A stretch of DNA of 64,000 nucleotides from an uncultured Acidobacteriota bacterium (GCA_963777605.1 CAVZRV010000051.1:1-64000), one strand, 5' to 3'; positions 32,938-44,255 are shown, numbered from the stretch's first letter. Notes: generated from the sequence alone by a model not told the origin. Numbers and translations: made by a program.

Positions 32938-35900
32938 ATGCGTCGATCTGGGGTCGTCCGGTTTCTTGCCCTCGTCCTGGTGGTTGGTTTTTCAACTCTT
33001 CTTTCATCCCAAGCTCTGGGTCAGACCTGCTCCGCGTTCAGCGAGACCTTCGGGTCCCCGGCCACCCACGACTGGGGTGGCGCCCACGGTTCGTGGAGTT
33101 TCTCGAACGGCAGGCTCACCGTAAGCAATATCGAGACCGGCTCCTTGGCTTATGCCACGACCTCCTTCTCCGCTTCCGACTCCTTCCGGATGGACGTGGA
33201 TGTCGACTTGAACGCTCCCTCCGGAAATGGAGCCGTCGGCATCTATCCATTCACCAGCTGGAGACCTGTTACTCGGAGTTGGGGACTGGACCCTGGATGG
33301 AGTGGCCGCCACGGCTTTTGCCAGTGGCAATGCCTATCTCCTCGGCTGGGATCCAAACAAAGGAGACTGGTTCCAAAGCGATCCGTTCAAAGTCTCCGGG
33401 ACGGTAAGTTCCATCGGGCTTCGATACTCGTCCAACGAAATTGTCCTCCGCATCAATGGTGCGGACACTCCGCTCAAGGTGACGGGCCAGTTCGACCTGG
33501 TGCCGTCCCTGCTCGACACCCTCTGGCTGACGGCCCAGGGGGCATCGACGACGACCGCCTCGTTCGACAACGTCTGCGTGGGACCGGTCGAGCAGTCGAA
33601 CCCGGCTCCGACCGGGGACTTCTCCTCCCGGTTCATCTTCCCCTACTACCAGGCACTGGGCGGAAGCTTTACCGGGTTCGCCATCTCCAATTACTCGAAG
33701 CAATTCAGCGCAGCTGAACTTCCGGGCCTATGATTCGTCCGGAAACCTCTTGCCGTTCCCGGGAAACCCGCGCAACTTGACCCTGGATGCCGGTAAGCAG
33801 GCGGCCCTGCTGGGGAACGAGATCTTCCAGGTACAGGGTTCCACGGTCCAGCAGGGATGGGTCGAACTGACCAGTGATGCCCGGGAATTGGGCAGCTTCT
33901 TCCAGGTTGGAGAGTCGGAGCGGTTGGACGGGTCCGTCTCGCTGACGGAACTTTCCCGGCAACTCTATTTCACCCGGATCTACGAAGGAACCGGGGCCTT
34001 CCGAGGGCAGAACGCCGCGACCTTTATCAGTCTGGTTAATCCCAACAGCATTTCGGCAACCGTGCAACTGGGGTTGAAGGGTACGGGAGTCGATCGGACG
34101 ATCACTCGAACCCTGGCGGCAAACGGATGTTTGTATGGAACGTTGAGCCAGATTTTCGGGACTTCGCTGACCATCAAACAGGGGTTTCCTCGCGGTGAAC
34201 GTGACCAGCGGGGGCGGCCTGGCGGGGTATGGACTGCTGCAGGTGCCCCAGGCCCGGACCTGGATCGGGCTCAACGCCGCGCGCGCCCAACTCTACAAGC
34301 CAGCTTTACTCTGCGCAGTTGGCCTCAGTTCCCGGTCTCTTTACGAGCGTCAAGCTGGTCAACACGGGCAGCGAGTCCCGGCAGGTGACTCTCAATGCCG
34401 TCAGTGAAACAGGAACCAACCTGGCCTCCCCGGTTTCGATCACCCTGGCGGCGGGACAGGCTTACGAGCGGGACGCCGCCCAGATCTTTGGGTGGTCGGC
34501 CGGCGTGTCAAAGATCGGTTCGCTGAAGGTTGAGGCGGACGGACCTGATGTGGTGGGGGATGTCATTTTCGGTGATTCGGCCGGCCTGAGCCTGGCGGCG
34601 GCATTGCCGCTGCAGACCCGGCTGTTCACGGAGGGGATCTTCAGCCAGGTCGCCAATGCCCTGGGACTGTACACGGGGTTGGCTTTCTACAACCCTGGAG
34701 ACTCGTCGGCCCAGATTACGATCGAGGTCTTTCGAGAAGACGGCGTCCGATCCGGAATCAAGACGATCAGTCTCGCCGCCGGCCGGCGCATCTCTCAACT
34801 CCTGACCGAATACCTTCCCGCCACGACCGGGCAGATCAAGGGCTATGTCAAGGTGCAGTCATCCCAGCCCCTGGTTGCCCAGCAGCTTTTCGGTGCAGCC
34901 AACCTGCTGTCCGCGGTTCCTCCGACCATGGTGTTGCCGACCCTCTCGGGACCGGGAGGTATCTTCGTCCAGATCGCCGATCAAAGTGACCAGCGGGACG
35001 CACCAGTCAGCCTCCAGGCCGACTCGATGAGCAACGTGACGGAATCGGGTGAGGTGGCGGTCTCGGGGGCTGTCCGGATCTCGGTCGGTAACCTGGAACC
35101 CCTCCAGGGGGCAGGCTTTTTCAAGATCTCCATTCCGATCACGGCCACCGGCTTCGACCCGGCCCAGCTGACCGGAAAAGTGCGCCTGTCAACCGGCGTG
35201 GTCCTGCCCGTTTCGGGAACCTACAATGCGGCTCGTAAATCCTACGAGATACAGGTGCCGTCCCTGGTTGACGGGTGGGTCGTTGGAGTCGTCGAAAGCA
35301 GCTCAATCGCGCTGGTTCCCGTCGATGGTGGTGGGATTTCTCCCATGGGGTCGGTGACTCCGGAAGGCTGGCTGACCCCGGTGGACTGGGAAACCTGCCA
35401 GTTCCACCCCATTCGCCACACCAATGCCGTGACCGACGCCAGCGATCCGGTCCGACTATCTTCCGACCATGGAGCAGGCGTGTTCAAAGCTTTCCTGGGC
35501 CGGCTTTCGTTCCCCGAAGCTCTGGATCGCGTCGGGTTGGAACGACGAGGAACCTCGATCCGCCCGGCCGAATTGTCCACTATCACCGAGGGAACGCGGT
35601 CGCTTTTTCAAGGGAATTGGGATGAGGAGGAGGCCGACTTTCACGGAGGTGGATCGAACCGAAGAGGAGATGATCGCCCTGGGCCAGATGTACATGGACA
35701 TCGACCCAGCTGGCTTCCCTGAAACAGAGCTACGGGATCGAGTTCGGAAACATCTTCGCCCACGAACTCTTTCACGCGGTCCAGTTCGGTTACGACTTCC
35801 GGAGGGGGGCTGTGAAGTCTGGAGACAAGTGGCAGACTTCCTACAAGGGATACACCGAGGGAACGGCTGCAGCGTTGGGGCAGACGTTCCAGCAGGGGAA

Positions 35901-37060
35901 CGGATCGATCACTGGGCCGGGTATCTGGGTCCGCGAACTCGGCGACGGTGAATCCACCCCTCTCGACGAGCCGATCGACAACAATCTTGCCAACTACTAC
36001 CGCAAGCAGGACTTCTGGGTCTGGGTCGCCAAACGCTATGGCAACAGCAGTTGGGCCTACACCAACCAGTTGTTCGAACAGATGGGCATGGCCACTTACG
36101 GCCAGTTCAACAAAACGTTGAACCAGTACCTGTCGATGTACCGACAGGGAGCCGACAAGACCTTCAAGAGCCAGTTCGGAAAGGGATTCTCCGAAATCTA
36201 CAGCGAGTTCGCTCTGGATCGGGCCTATGAGCACTCGTCATTCTTCATTGCTCCGGCAGAGCGAGACGAATACCTGGAAGAAGAACAAGCTGGCGACGAG
36301 TCTGTTCCGGGCCTCGGGTCTGAAGACGATCCATCCGACCAGCGACAAGGCGGAGGAACGCCAGGCGGTCTTTCCCAAAGTCCAGGCGCTTTCGACTTAC
36401 GCGGCCCGCGTTGAAGTCCCCCAGACGGATCGTGATGCCGGTGCGACCGTACTGAACTTTGTCGTCTCAGGAGGCGAGGTCAAGACCGGAGGGCTTGAGA
36501 TCTACCTGTTTGGAGAGGATGCCGACTCGGTCATGCAGCCCTCCGGAAGGCACCGGGTCACGAAGGTGGACGAACCGGTCGAAGTTCCGGTAAACGACGA
36601 CACGCGGTTCATCACGGTCCTGATCGTGAATACGGATCTCCAGACCCGGTCGGCCTCGGTGACGGTCGGCAATTCCAAGAAATACGAGTTGAGGTTTTAC
36701 CAGAGCGACGCCGAAGACAGCTACGAGAACTACGGAGATACATTCGAGGCGACCGCGGCTCCCTGCATCAATGCCCACTTCACGGTCTACGATGCCGACA
36801 AGGACATGCCTGAGGAGGCGTACATTTTGTTCAGGTATCCGAGCGGGGAACTCATGCTCGAACACGATTACGAGTATCCATTCCTGACGGAAGACGGCAA
36901 CTTCCTGGACGGCGGGAAGACCTGGGAACTCTTCTATGGAATCTGCTACGGATTCTCGGAGACCGGGTCCTGGGTCGACCAACCGAGAGGCACCTACACG
37001 GTCGACGTAGAGGATCAGAATCACGGTTTGCTTATCTCCGGGAAGTTCCTGGTCTATTAG
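32938..37060 (+). CDS. Large secreted multi-domain protein with HExxH metallopeptidase domain; multiple frameshifts
   Basis: Signal peptide; repeated beta-sandwich units; HELFHAVQ at 35761 followed by YTEGTA. Confidence 0.65.
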
Positions 37061-37435
37061 GCGGCCGAGTTTGGAGTGCGCGAACCGAAAGGTTCCGCTT
37101 TGAAACCTGGCAGGTCGCAGGGAAGCGAAAGCTTCCGCCGTTGTGGACGACGGAAACGCCGTCACTGAAGCCGCCTGGGTTTGGCAGCATGCCCCGCGTC
37201 CGGGAAGCTGATTTCCGAGTGTGAATTCGAATCGCGGGGTCCAAGGCCGAAACCGAAGGTCGATTCCCGAATTAATGACGCACTTCGCACTTCGCACTTT
37301 GAAGAGTCCGCCCGCCCGCAGCAACACCGCGCGAAACGGATTCTGTGCTATAAACATCCCAAGATCGTCGAGACCCCGTCTTTCAACACTGATCGCTCGG
37401 GAATCCGTCTGTTCCGACATCTATGAGGAGTTTCC

Positions 37436-38436
37436 ATGGAGTTGATGTTTCCCAATGAGGAGAACCGTGTCGAAGTTGAGCTGACCGCCAAGGCGAAAGT
37501 TCTGGAGACCCTTGAACCTCTGGTCGAGGAGTTGATGGGGCAGCACCTCGAAAAGCGGAACCTCTGGTATTCGAGCGACTTCCTGCCGGCCGACGAACGG
37601 GAGAGTGATGAAACCGTCCGTGCCCTTACCCGGCTTCGCGACGGTGCCAGGGGGTTGCCGGATGCGGTTCGAGTGGCGGTTGCACTCAATTTGCTGACCG
37701 AAGAAGGGCTCCCTCACTTTCACCGGATTCTCTCAACCTATTTGGGCAGTAATAATGCCTGGAGCAAGTGGAACTTCCTGTGGACAGCCGAAGAAGATCG
37801 ACACGGAGCGGCATTGCGGGATCATGCCCGGGATGCCCGCCTGTTCCGCTTCCGTGAAATCGAAATGCTTCAGCACGCTTACAATGCCGAAGGCTTCACT
37901 CCGGACTGGGACAAGGATCCCTATCGAGTCTTTGTTTACACGACGCTTGCAAGAACGGGCGACTCAGTTCTCTCATCGCAATACCGGCCGGTTGGCGGGA
38001 GAATACGAGCCGGTCCTGAAGGCGATGCTCGAGCGGGTCGCGTCGGATGAAGCCAGGCACTTCAACTTCTACCGGCGAATCTTCAAGGGCATCCTCGAGA
38101 TCGATCCGAACCGTGCCCTCGAATCCCTCCTTTCGGTCGTTCCAAAGTTGCAGATGCCCGGCGTGACGATTCCTCACTTCAAGGAGATGGCGGACGTCGT
38201 CCGACGATCCGGGATCTATGGCCCCTGGGACTACAAGGAGATTGTCGAGCGTGCTCTCGAGTTCTGGAAGATTGGTGTTCTCACCGGCTTGAGTGAGAAG
38301 GGACGTCAGCGCCCAGGAACAGATCATGCGGATTCCAGAACGCCTCCAGAAGTTCGCAGAATTGATCGAGAGGAGGAGTACGACCAAGTCCTTCTCATTC
38401 GGGTTCCTTTACGATCGCATCTTCAGCATGGAGTAA
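37436..38436 (+). CDS. Acyl-ACP desaturase (soluble diiron), frameshifted
   Basis: WYSSDFLP, LLTEEGLP, WTAEEDRHG, QERAT, DEARH, MPG. Confidence 0.9.
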
Positions 38437-38872
38437 GGAAGAACGTCCCCACTCATGTCTTGACCGAAGCCACCGACCCGGGGGGCACCAAAAATGCGGC
38501 GATTGGCGAAGTATCGACGCCCGCCGCGGAGCCCGGGCTTCTGAAGGTGCCTCCTGTGGCCACCTGTCACCACGCTTAGTATCTGGAGCGGCGGGCGGAA
38601 CCGAGCTCACTTCCACTGGGGGGCCGGCGGTGCGCACTTCCTCAGCCCGAAAGGCTGCTGCTTTCGCGTCATCACTCTCCAAGAGTCTTTTGCCGGCGAG
38701 TGGACACTGTTGGTACTTCAGTCGAATATAGACAAATAGTGCCAGACCTCGCAGAAAGACTTTATCAGGAAGGGGTTTGCAGCCAGATTTGGGGCGTGTC
38801 ACCGATTTTCCTGGGCGATTGAGGACGTCGCGAGGGGGCCCTATAATCGTCGGAGAACTAGTCAGGAGAAAA

Positions 38873-40378
38873 ATGCCCATGTCCAAGTTGTTGACTCGAA
38901 CTGAATATCAGCAGATTGCCGATGGCCTCGATCTTCCTTCTCATGCCTATATCGCAGGTCAGTTTGTCCCGTCTTGCTCGGGCGAGACCATTGGGACGCA
39001 CAACCCTGCCACAGGCGAGCTGCTTAACCGGGTTGCTTCATGTGACCGCACCGATGTGGATCGAGCTGTCGGTGAAGCCCAGAAGACCTTTGACGGTGGA
39101 GTCTGGTCCCGTATGCATCCCGGCGACCGCAAGCGGATTCTAAAGCAGTGGGTGTCGCTCATCGGAGCGCACTGGGATGAACTGGCGGTGATGGAGAGCC
39201 TGGACAGCGGCAAGCCGATCCGGGATTGCGTCACGATTGACGTGCCCGAGACGATGCATTGCCTGACCTGGTATGCCGAAGCTATCGACAAGCTTTATGG
39301 CTCAGTGTCGCCATCCGGTGATCAGGCGATGGGAGTGATTTCCCGGGAACCGATGGGTGTGGTCGCCTGTGTTCTGCCCTGGAACTTTCCGCTCATGATG
39401 CTGGCCTGGAAGGCCGGCCCTGCCCTGGCAGCCGGCAATTCTCTAATCGTGAAACCCGCCGAACAGACCAGCATGACCGCACTCCGGGTCGCAGAACTGG
39501 CCGTCGAGGCCGGCATACCCCCCGGCGTTCTCAACGTGATTCCGGGCCTTGGGGAAAAGGCGGGTCAGGCGATCGGCCTCCACCCTCGGATTCAGGCGGT
39601 CTCCTTCACCGGTTCGACCGAGGTCGGCCGACTTTTTCTGGAGTACTCGGCCCGCAGCAACCTCAAGAAGATTGTGCTCGAGTGCGGCGGCAAGAGTCCT
39701 GCCGTCGTTCTGGAAGACGCCGAAAACCTCGATGCGGTGGCGCAGCACGTGGCCTTTGCCGTTCTCTGGAGCATGGGAGAGAATTGCACTGCGAATGGCA
39801 GACTGATTGTTCATCGCGCTCTCAAGGAAGATCTCTTGAGTCGGGTTCTGGAGCAGATGAGGCAGTGGAAGACCGGAGACCCACTGGAACCCGAGAACAG
39901 CCTGGGCGCCATCATCTCTCGGGAGCAGTTCGACAAGATTATGGGTTACATCGAAGAAGGAAAACGCGCCGGAGCCAAACTTCTTCTGGGAGGTCATTCG
40001 TTGGAAATGGGTGGCGGCCTTTTTGTTGCCCCGACCGTTTTCGATGAGGTTACGCCCGACATGGTGATCGCGCGGGAGGAAATTTTCGGTCCGGTGCTCT
40101 CCGTGCTGACAGTGGAGAGCGACGAACAGGCCATCGAATGGGCCAACGATACGGAGTATGGCCTGCAGGCGTCACTGTTCGCCGGGAACGTCAAGAAGGC
40201 AGTTCGCAATGCCCGCCGGTTGCAGGCGGGCACCGTCACTGTGAACTGCTACGGAGAGGGAGACATTACGACCCCCTTCGGAGGATTCAAACTGTCCGGG
40301 TTCGGCGGGCGAGACAACTCGCTCCAGGCCTTCGATCAATACATGGAAACAAAGACAATCTGGTTTGACCTGAGTTAG
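38873..40378 (+). CDS. Aldehyde dehydrogenase (PuuC-like)
   Basis: PWNFP, KPAE, FTGSTEVG, LECGGKSP, catalytic Cys in GENCTA, EEIFGPV, PFGGFKLSG. Confidence 0.95.
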   Translation: MPMSKLLTRTEYQQIADGLDLPSHAYIAGQFVPSCSGETIGTHNPATGELLNRVASCDRTDVDRAVGEAQKTFDGGVWSRMHPGDRKRILKQWVSLIGAHWDELAVMESLDSGKPIRDCVTIDVPETMHCLTWYAEAIDKLYGSVSPSGDQAMGVISREPMGVVACVLPWNFPLMMLAWKAGPALAAGNSLIVKPAEQTSMTALRVAELAVEAGIPPGVLNVIPGLGEKAGQAIGLHPRIQAVSFTGSTEVGRLFLEYSARSNLKKIVLECGGKSPAVVLEDAENLDAVAQHVAFAVLWSMGENCTANGRLIVHRALKEDLLSRVLEQMRQWKTGDPLEPENSLGAIISREQFDKIMGYIEEGKRAGAKLLLGGHSLEMGGGLFVAPTVFDEVTPDMVIAREEIFGPVLSVLTVESDEQAIEWANDTEYGLQASLFAGNVKKAVRNARRLQAGTVTVNCYGEGDITTPFGGFKLSGFGGRDNSLQAFDQYMETKTIWFDLS

Positions 40379-40384
40379 TGCAGG

Positions 40385-40404
40385 CTTAAGTCCGCTCGCC
40401 AGCT
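40385..40404 (+). other. Putative prophage att junction (tRNA-Thr-like 3' fragment)
   Basis: AAGT CCGCT CGCCAGC T resembles T-loop end, T-stem 3' strand, acceptor 3' strand and discriminator of GCTGGCG-type tRNA-Thr; lies at the host/phage boundary; TGTTGCGG repeats follow. Confidence 0.6.
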
Positions 40405-41609
40405 AGTCCTTTCTTTACAGCAGTTTGCGAATGATTCCTAGCCTTATTTGCGCCGACGTTCGACGCCGCTTGTTGCGGGTTTGTTGCGGAATTCACCTTT
40501 TCTTCACCTTTTTCTGTTGCGGATTTGTCGAGCCGTCGGACCCGTGGGTCGGCGTCTTCCGAGGGGATCCAGCGGGAATAGACGCTGAGGGTCGTGTTTG
40601 GGGTCGAGTGCCCTAGCTGGCGGCTCACGTACAGGATCGGCTCTCCCATCGAGAGCAGGATGGATGCAAACGTGTGCCGCAAGTTGTGGAGATTCCGGTA
40701 TCGGAGTTCCGCCTTGGCGAGCATCTTCTCCCATACGCGCTGGAAGTTCGGTGGGGAAAGCAGGTGACCGCCCCGCGTTGAAAAGATCCAGCCGCTTTTC
40801 CTGCGCTTTTCCTCGAGACGGGCAACGAGCTCAGGCGAGAGGTCGACGTTTCTGGTTGAGGATTCTGTTTTCGGCTGCTTCACACGCAGCGTTCCGATCT
40901 GCCGGCTCCGTGACACCCGCACCTGCCGCCGCTCCCAGTCGATGTCCTCCCACCGGAGGGCTGTGGCCTCGCCCCATCTCATGCCGGTGCGGGCCAGGAC
41001 CATCACGAGCAGCGCCCACCGTGAGAAGTGGGCCGTGGCAACAGCCTCAAGATGGTGCAGTTCTTGGAGCGTAAAGGGAACCATCTCCTTCTCTTCCCGG
41101 CGCGTCTTGCCGCCGTAGTGGCGGCTTAACGTGCGCGTCTGCACCGGGTTCGCCGGGATAATGTCCTCGTTGACGGCCTCGGAAAGCATGGCCGAGAGCG
41201 TGGCGAAGATGGTCCGTATACTGTCTTTCCGCAGACCTGACTTTGACTTGGCGATTGCCAGCCGCTTCATGTCGGCGTAGCGCAGCTCGTCGAGGGGGAT
41301 GGGCCCGAGAATGGGAAGAATGTGCAGTCGGAGCGTGGCCGCGTAGGAGACATACGTCTTTTCGGCCAAGTGGGGCTTGCGCTCCTCCAGCCACCGGGCG
41401 GCAAACTCTCTGAGCGACGGCGTGGTTTCCGCTTCAGCGGCTAGCTTGGCGAGTGTGCCGTCTTTTTCCAAGAGCATCAATGCCGTCATCTGCTCCGCGT
41501 AGTGATGGGCTTCGGCTTGTGTCGAAAAGGCTTTGCTGCGCCGCTGGCCCTTCCAGTTGATGTTCACGTACCACTTTCCCGGAAACCTCTCCTTGATTAC
41601 GATGCCCAC
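40386..41609 (-). CDS. int: Phage tyrosine integrase
   Basis: TGMRWGE, PKT, HNLRHTFAS, LGHS, VYS catalytic residues; GTG start with AGGAGG RBS. Confidence 0.96.
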   Translation of the reverse strand: MGIVIKERFPGKWYVNINWKGQRRSKAFSTQAEAHHYAEQMTALMLLEKDGTLAKLAAEAETTPSLREFAARWLEERKPHLAEKTYVSYAATLRLHILPILGPIPLDELRYADMKRLAIAKSKSGLRKDSIRTIFATLSAMLSEAVNEDIIPANPVQTRTLSRHYGGKTRREEKEMVPFTLQELHHLEAVATAHFSRWALLVMVLARTGMRWGEATALRWEDIDWERRQVRVSRSRQIGTLRVKQPKTESSTRNVDLSPELVARLEEKRRKSGWIFSTRGGHLLSPPNFQRVWEKMLAKAELRYRNLHNLRHTFASILLSMGEPILYVSRQLGHSTPNTTLSVYSRWIPSEDADPRVRRLDKSATEKGEEKVNSATNPQQAASNVGANKARNHSQTAVKKGLAGERT

Positions 41610-41770
41610 GCCTTGCCTCCTGCTTTGTTCCCCTGACCCGGATCGCATGAAATGACCGGGGATCATCAAGGTCCGAGCCGACGACCCACTCGGTGCCGTC
41701 AATGACGGTGCGCTCGTAGAGCCACCGGCTCGTCCCGTTGATCCGTTTCTTCAGCCGCTCGATGCGTACG

Positions 41771-42271
41771 CTAGAACGGGATGTCATCGTCGGTGATCCC
41801 GCCCGGCGTGTACGGGCCGCCGTCACCGTAGTCGAAGCTTTCGGTTGCGCCTTTCTGCTGGCGGCCGTTTGGCGGACGGTTGCCGCCGCTGCCGTTTTGC
41901 TGGCGGCCGTTTTGGTGACGGGCCGCCTGCTGCTGTGGGCGGTTGCCGCCCCCGTTGGCGTTTGCGCCACCCATCATGCGCAGTTGTTCGGCTACGATCT
42001 CGAACGCCTTACGGGGATTGCCGTCCCGGTCCTCGTATTCGCGGACCTGGATGCGTCCTTCGACGTAGACCAGCTGCCCTCGCTTGACGTAGTCCGCACA
42101 GATCTCGGCCAGCTTCGCCCAGGCCACGACGTTGTGCCACGTGGTCTCTTCGTTGCCGTTGTACTTTCGCGTCGTCGCCAGGGAGAAGGTCGAAACGGAG
42201 GTTCCGTTGTTCGTGGTCCGGTGCTCCGGGTCTCTGCCGACGTGTCCGATGAGGATTGCCTTGTTGATCAT
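41771..42271 (-). CDS. ssb: Single-stranded DNA-binding protein
   Basis: INKAILIGHVGRDPE, TTWH, VYVEGR, C-terminal DDDIPF. Confidence 0.97.
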   Translation of the reverse strand: MINKAILIGHVGRDPEHRTTNNGTSVSTFSLATTRKYNGNEETTWHNVVAWAKLAEICADYVKRGQLVYVEGRIQVREYEDRDGNPRKAFEIVAEQLRMMGGANANGGGNRPQQQAARHQNGRQQNGSGGNRPPNGRQQKGATESFDYGDGGPYTPGGITDDDIPF

Positions 42272-42540
42272 CGCGATGCCCCTTTCCTGCTGCCGTTCAG
42301 AAGTTCGTTGAAATCCGCCAGTACGGCGGGGCTGACTGTCCGCCCCGCCACGACGACCCGCTGGAATCGCTGGCGTACGAAATCCAGCAGTTCCCGTTGG
42401 ATGACGTAAAAGGGGCCGCGTACCGAGAGCCGGTAAAACGGCAGCCCCTCCGCTCGCAACTGGCGCAGCCGGCGGACCGGGATGCCGTTCAGCTTGGCTG
42501 CGTCCGATAACTTGAGAAGTCGATCCTGTTCGCCGCTCAT
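42268..42540 (-). CDS. Excisionase-like HTH protein
   Basis: LLKLSDAAKLNGIPVRRLRQL...GLPFY...ELLDFV, MerR/Xis-like pattern. Confidence 0.7.
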   Translation of the reverse strand: MSGEQDRLLKLSDAAKLNGIPVRRLRQLRAEGLPFYRLSVRGPFYVIQRELLDFVRQRFQRVVVAGRTVSPAVLADFNELLNGSRKGASR

Positions 42541-42542
42541 GA

Positions 42543-43130
42543 CTACTTAATCCGCAGGTGCTCGCCGACGTTGACGACGATGCCCAGGTCGAAGAACTCG
42601 TATTCGCCGGGTTCGGCGGGAAGCCGGTCGGTGGCCTTCAGGTGCTCCAACGCCTTGTCGGCGTCGAATTCGACCGTGGCCGGGACCAGACGCCGGAACG
42701 CCTCGGGCGGGTCCGTGGTCAGGGACCGGACCGAGGCCCGGCTGTTTTTCACGCGGCTCACCGTATACAGGTTCGTCTGGACTTTCTTCTCCTTGAGGCG
42801 GCGGAACTGGTCGAGCAGGTAGAGCTTCAGATTCGCCACGCCCTTTTCGCGGGGCTTGACGATCTCGTCCTGGATTCGTGCGATCTCCTTTTTGGCCAGG
42901 TCCACCATCTGCTCCATGCGCCGGACGACGTGGCAGGTCTGCTCGACCTTCTCCGGCAGCACCATCTCCAGGTGCTCCAGCTGCGCCTCGATCTCCGGCG
43001 TCAGTTCGCCGTAGTTTTCGATCAGGGCCGTTTGCACGTCCAAGAGCCCGTCGACGATTTCATACAGGTGCTCCTGGACCGAAGCCTTGGATTCTCGTTT
43101 CGTTGCCATCTTCACCGCTGTTGCCGTCAT
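42543..43130 (-). CDS. Siphovirus Gp157-like protein
   Basis: LYEI start, coiled coil, LKLYL, C-terminal HLRIK; adjacent to the annealase gene. Confidence 0.8.
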   Translation of the reverse strand: MTATAVKMATKRESKASVQEHLYEIVDGLLDVQTALIENYGELTPEIEAQLEHLEMVLPEKVEQTCHVVRRMEQMVDLAKKEIARIQDEIVKPREKGVANLKLYLLDQFRRLKEKKVQTNLYTVSRVKNSRASVRSLTTDPPEAFRRLVPATVEFDADKALEHLKATDRLPAEPGEYEFFDLGIVVNVGEHLRIK

Positions 43131-43366
43131 GCCACTTCTCCCAATCTCCCGAGGCCCTGCCAGTCGGTCTGGCTGACCCGCGTGGTTTTCGTCAATTTCA
43201 CCGGACGGCACTCGATCGTGACCAGGAGGTACTGCCGTCCGAACTCACCGTTGGTTTCGCACCATCTTCGTAACGCCGTCTTCGCCCGTTCCCTTCGGTC
43301 CCGCTGGATCATCTCCACCGGAGTCAGGTGCGCGTCTTCCACCAGGCAAACCCACTCTCCCAACAT
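43127..43366 (-). CDS. Hypothetical phage protein
   Basis: Translationally coupled to both neighbours. Confidence 0.65.
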   Translation of the reverse strand: MLGEWVCLVEDAHLTPVEMIQRDRRERAKTALRRWCETNGEFGRQYLLVTIECRPVKLTKTTRVSQTDWQGLGRLGEVA

Positions 43367-44065
43367 CTAGGCGGCCCTCCCTCTCTGCTCCCGCTCCAGT
43401 GCGGCCTCGGCGCGCTGGATGATGACCTCGGCGTCCTCCTCGGTCAGGTTCGTAAACGCGGAATGGTTCATGAGAAACGCGGCCATGGTCTGGTCTTCGG
43501 TCTTGGAGGCCAGCGCCCGCATCCGATCCCGCTGAATCGGCGTGGCCTTCGGCTTGCCGTCGGACTTGTTCTTAAGCGGTGGTTCCGCAGCGGGCCGAGT
43601 CCCGGTGCCGGCCGGTGCGTCCAGGTCCTCCAGATCCTCGCCGCAGTAGATCGCCAGGCCAAGGCCGAAGGTGGCGATGTTTTTGGCAAGACAGCGCATG
43701 ATCGAGCGGTTGACGTCGAAGGCGTTCGGTTCCGCGATCACCTTGTTCCGGTTGTCCATGACCGGAAGCCACATCTTGTGGACGCGCACCTGTAGGGTGC
43801 CGTCTTCCATCGTTACCGGCACGTCCACCTTCGTCCATACGAACGTGCCGCCGGGCGTACGCTGGTAGGGGACGAGGGCACCGTCGGCCTCGGTAAACAT
43901 CAGCACGTCATAGGTCGCTGCGGGAGCGTGGCGCATCAACTGGTCCAAGGCGTGCGCCCAGGACAGGTACGTGAGGCTGCCCTTTTGCTCGACGAGCCCG
44001 ACGACGTTGACGTCCCGAAGGACGTGAAATAGATCCAGTGTTTGGTTTTGTGTCTCTTCTGCCAT
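43367..44065 (-). CDS. sak: Sak (DUF1071, Rad52-like) single-strand annealing protein
   Basis: LTYLSWA, LPVMDNRN, FDVNRSIMRCLAKNIATFGLGLAIYCGEDL. Confidence 0.9.
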   Translation of the reverse strand: MAEETQNQTLDLFHVLRDVNVVGLVEQKGSLTYLSWAHALDQLMRHAPAATYDVLMFTEADGALVPYQRTPGGTFVWTKVDVPVTMEDGTLQVRVHKMWLPVMDNRNKVIAEPNAFDVNRSIMRCLAKNIATFGLGLAIYCGEDLEDLDAPAGTGTRPAAEPPLKNKSDGKPKATPIQRDRMRALASKTEDQTMAAFLMNHSAFTNLTEEDAEVIIQRAEAALEREQRGRAA

Positions 44066-44174
44066 GGTCTTGGTTCTCCTTTTCTTGCCGTTGCCATGAT
44101 TGCCCCGCCGCAGGATTCCGCCTGCGGGTTTACGGGCGGGCCACCCGGGCCGTTTGTCTCACCAGAGACTTCGC

Positions 44175-44239
44175 AGCCGGAATCGAACCGGCCTCCCTTC
44201 GCACCAGCCCTCGGCCAGCGAGCCGGAATCGAACCGGCC
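44175..44239 (-). repeat. Two identical 19-bp tRNA T-arm-like hairpins
   Basis: GGCCGGTTCGATTCCGGCT on the minus strand at 44175-44193 and 44221-44239. Confidence 0.85.
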
Positions 44240-44255
44240 CTTCTCCGTGGGCCGC

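Noticed and set aside
40383-40404. RNase P RNA 3' end as att core (GGCTTA...)
   Set aside because: The tRNA-Thr T-arm/acceptor reading explains more bases and is a more usual target.
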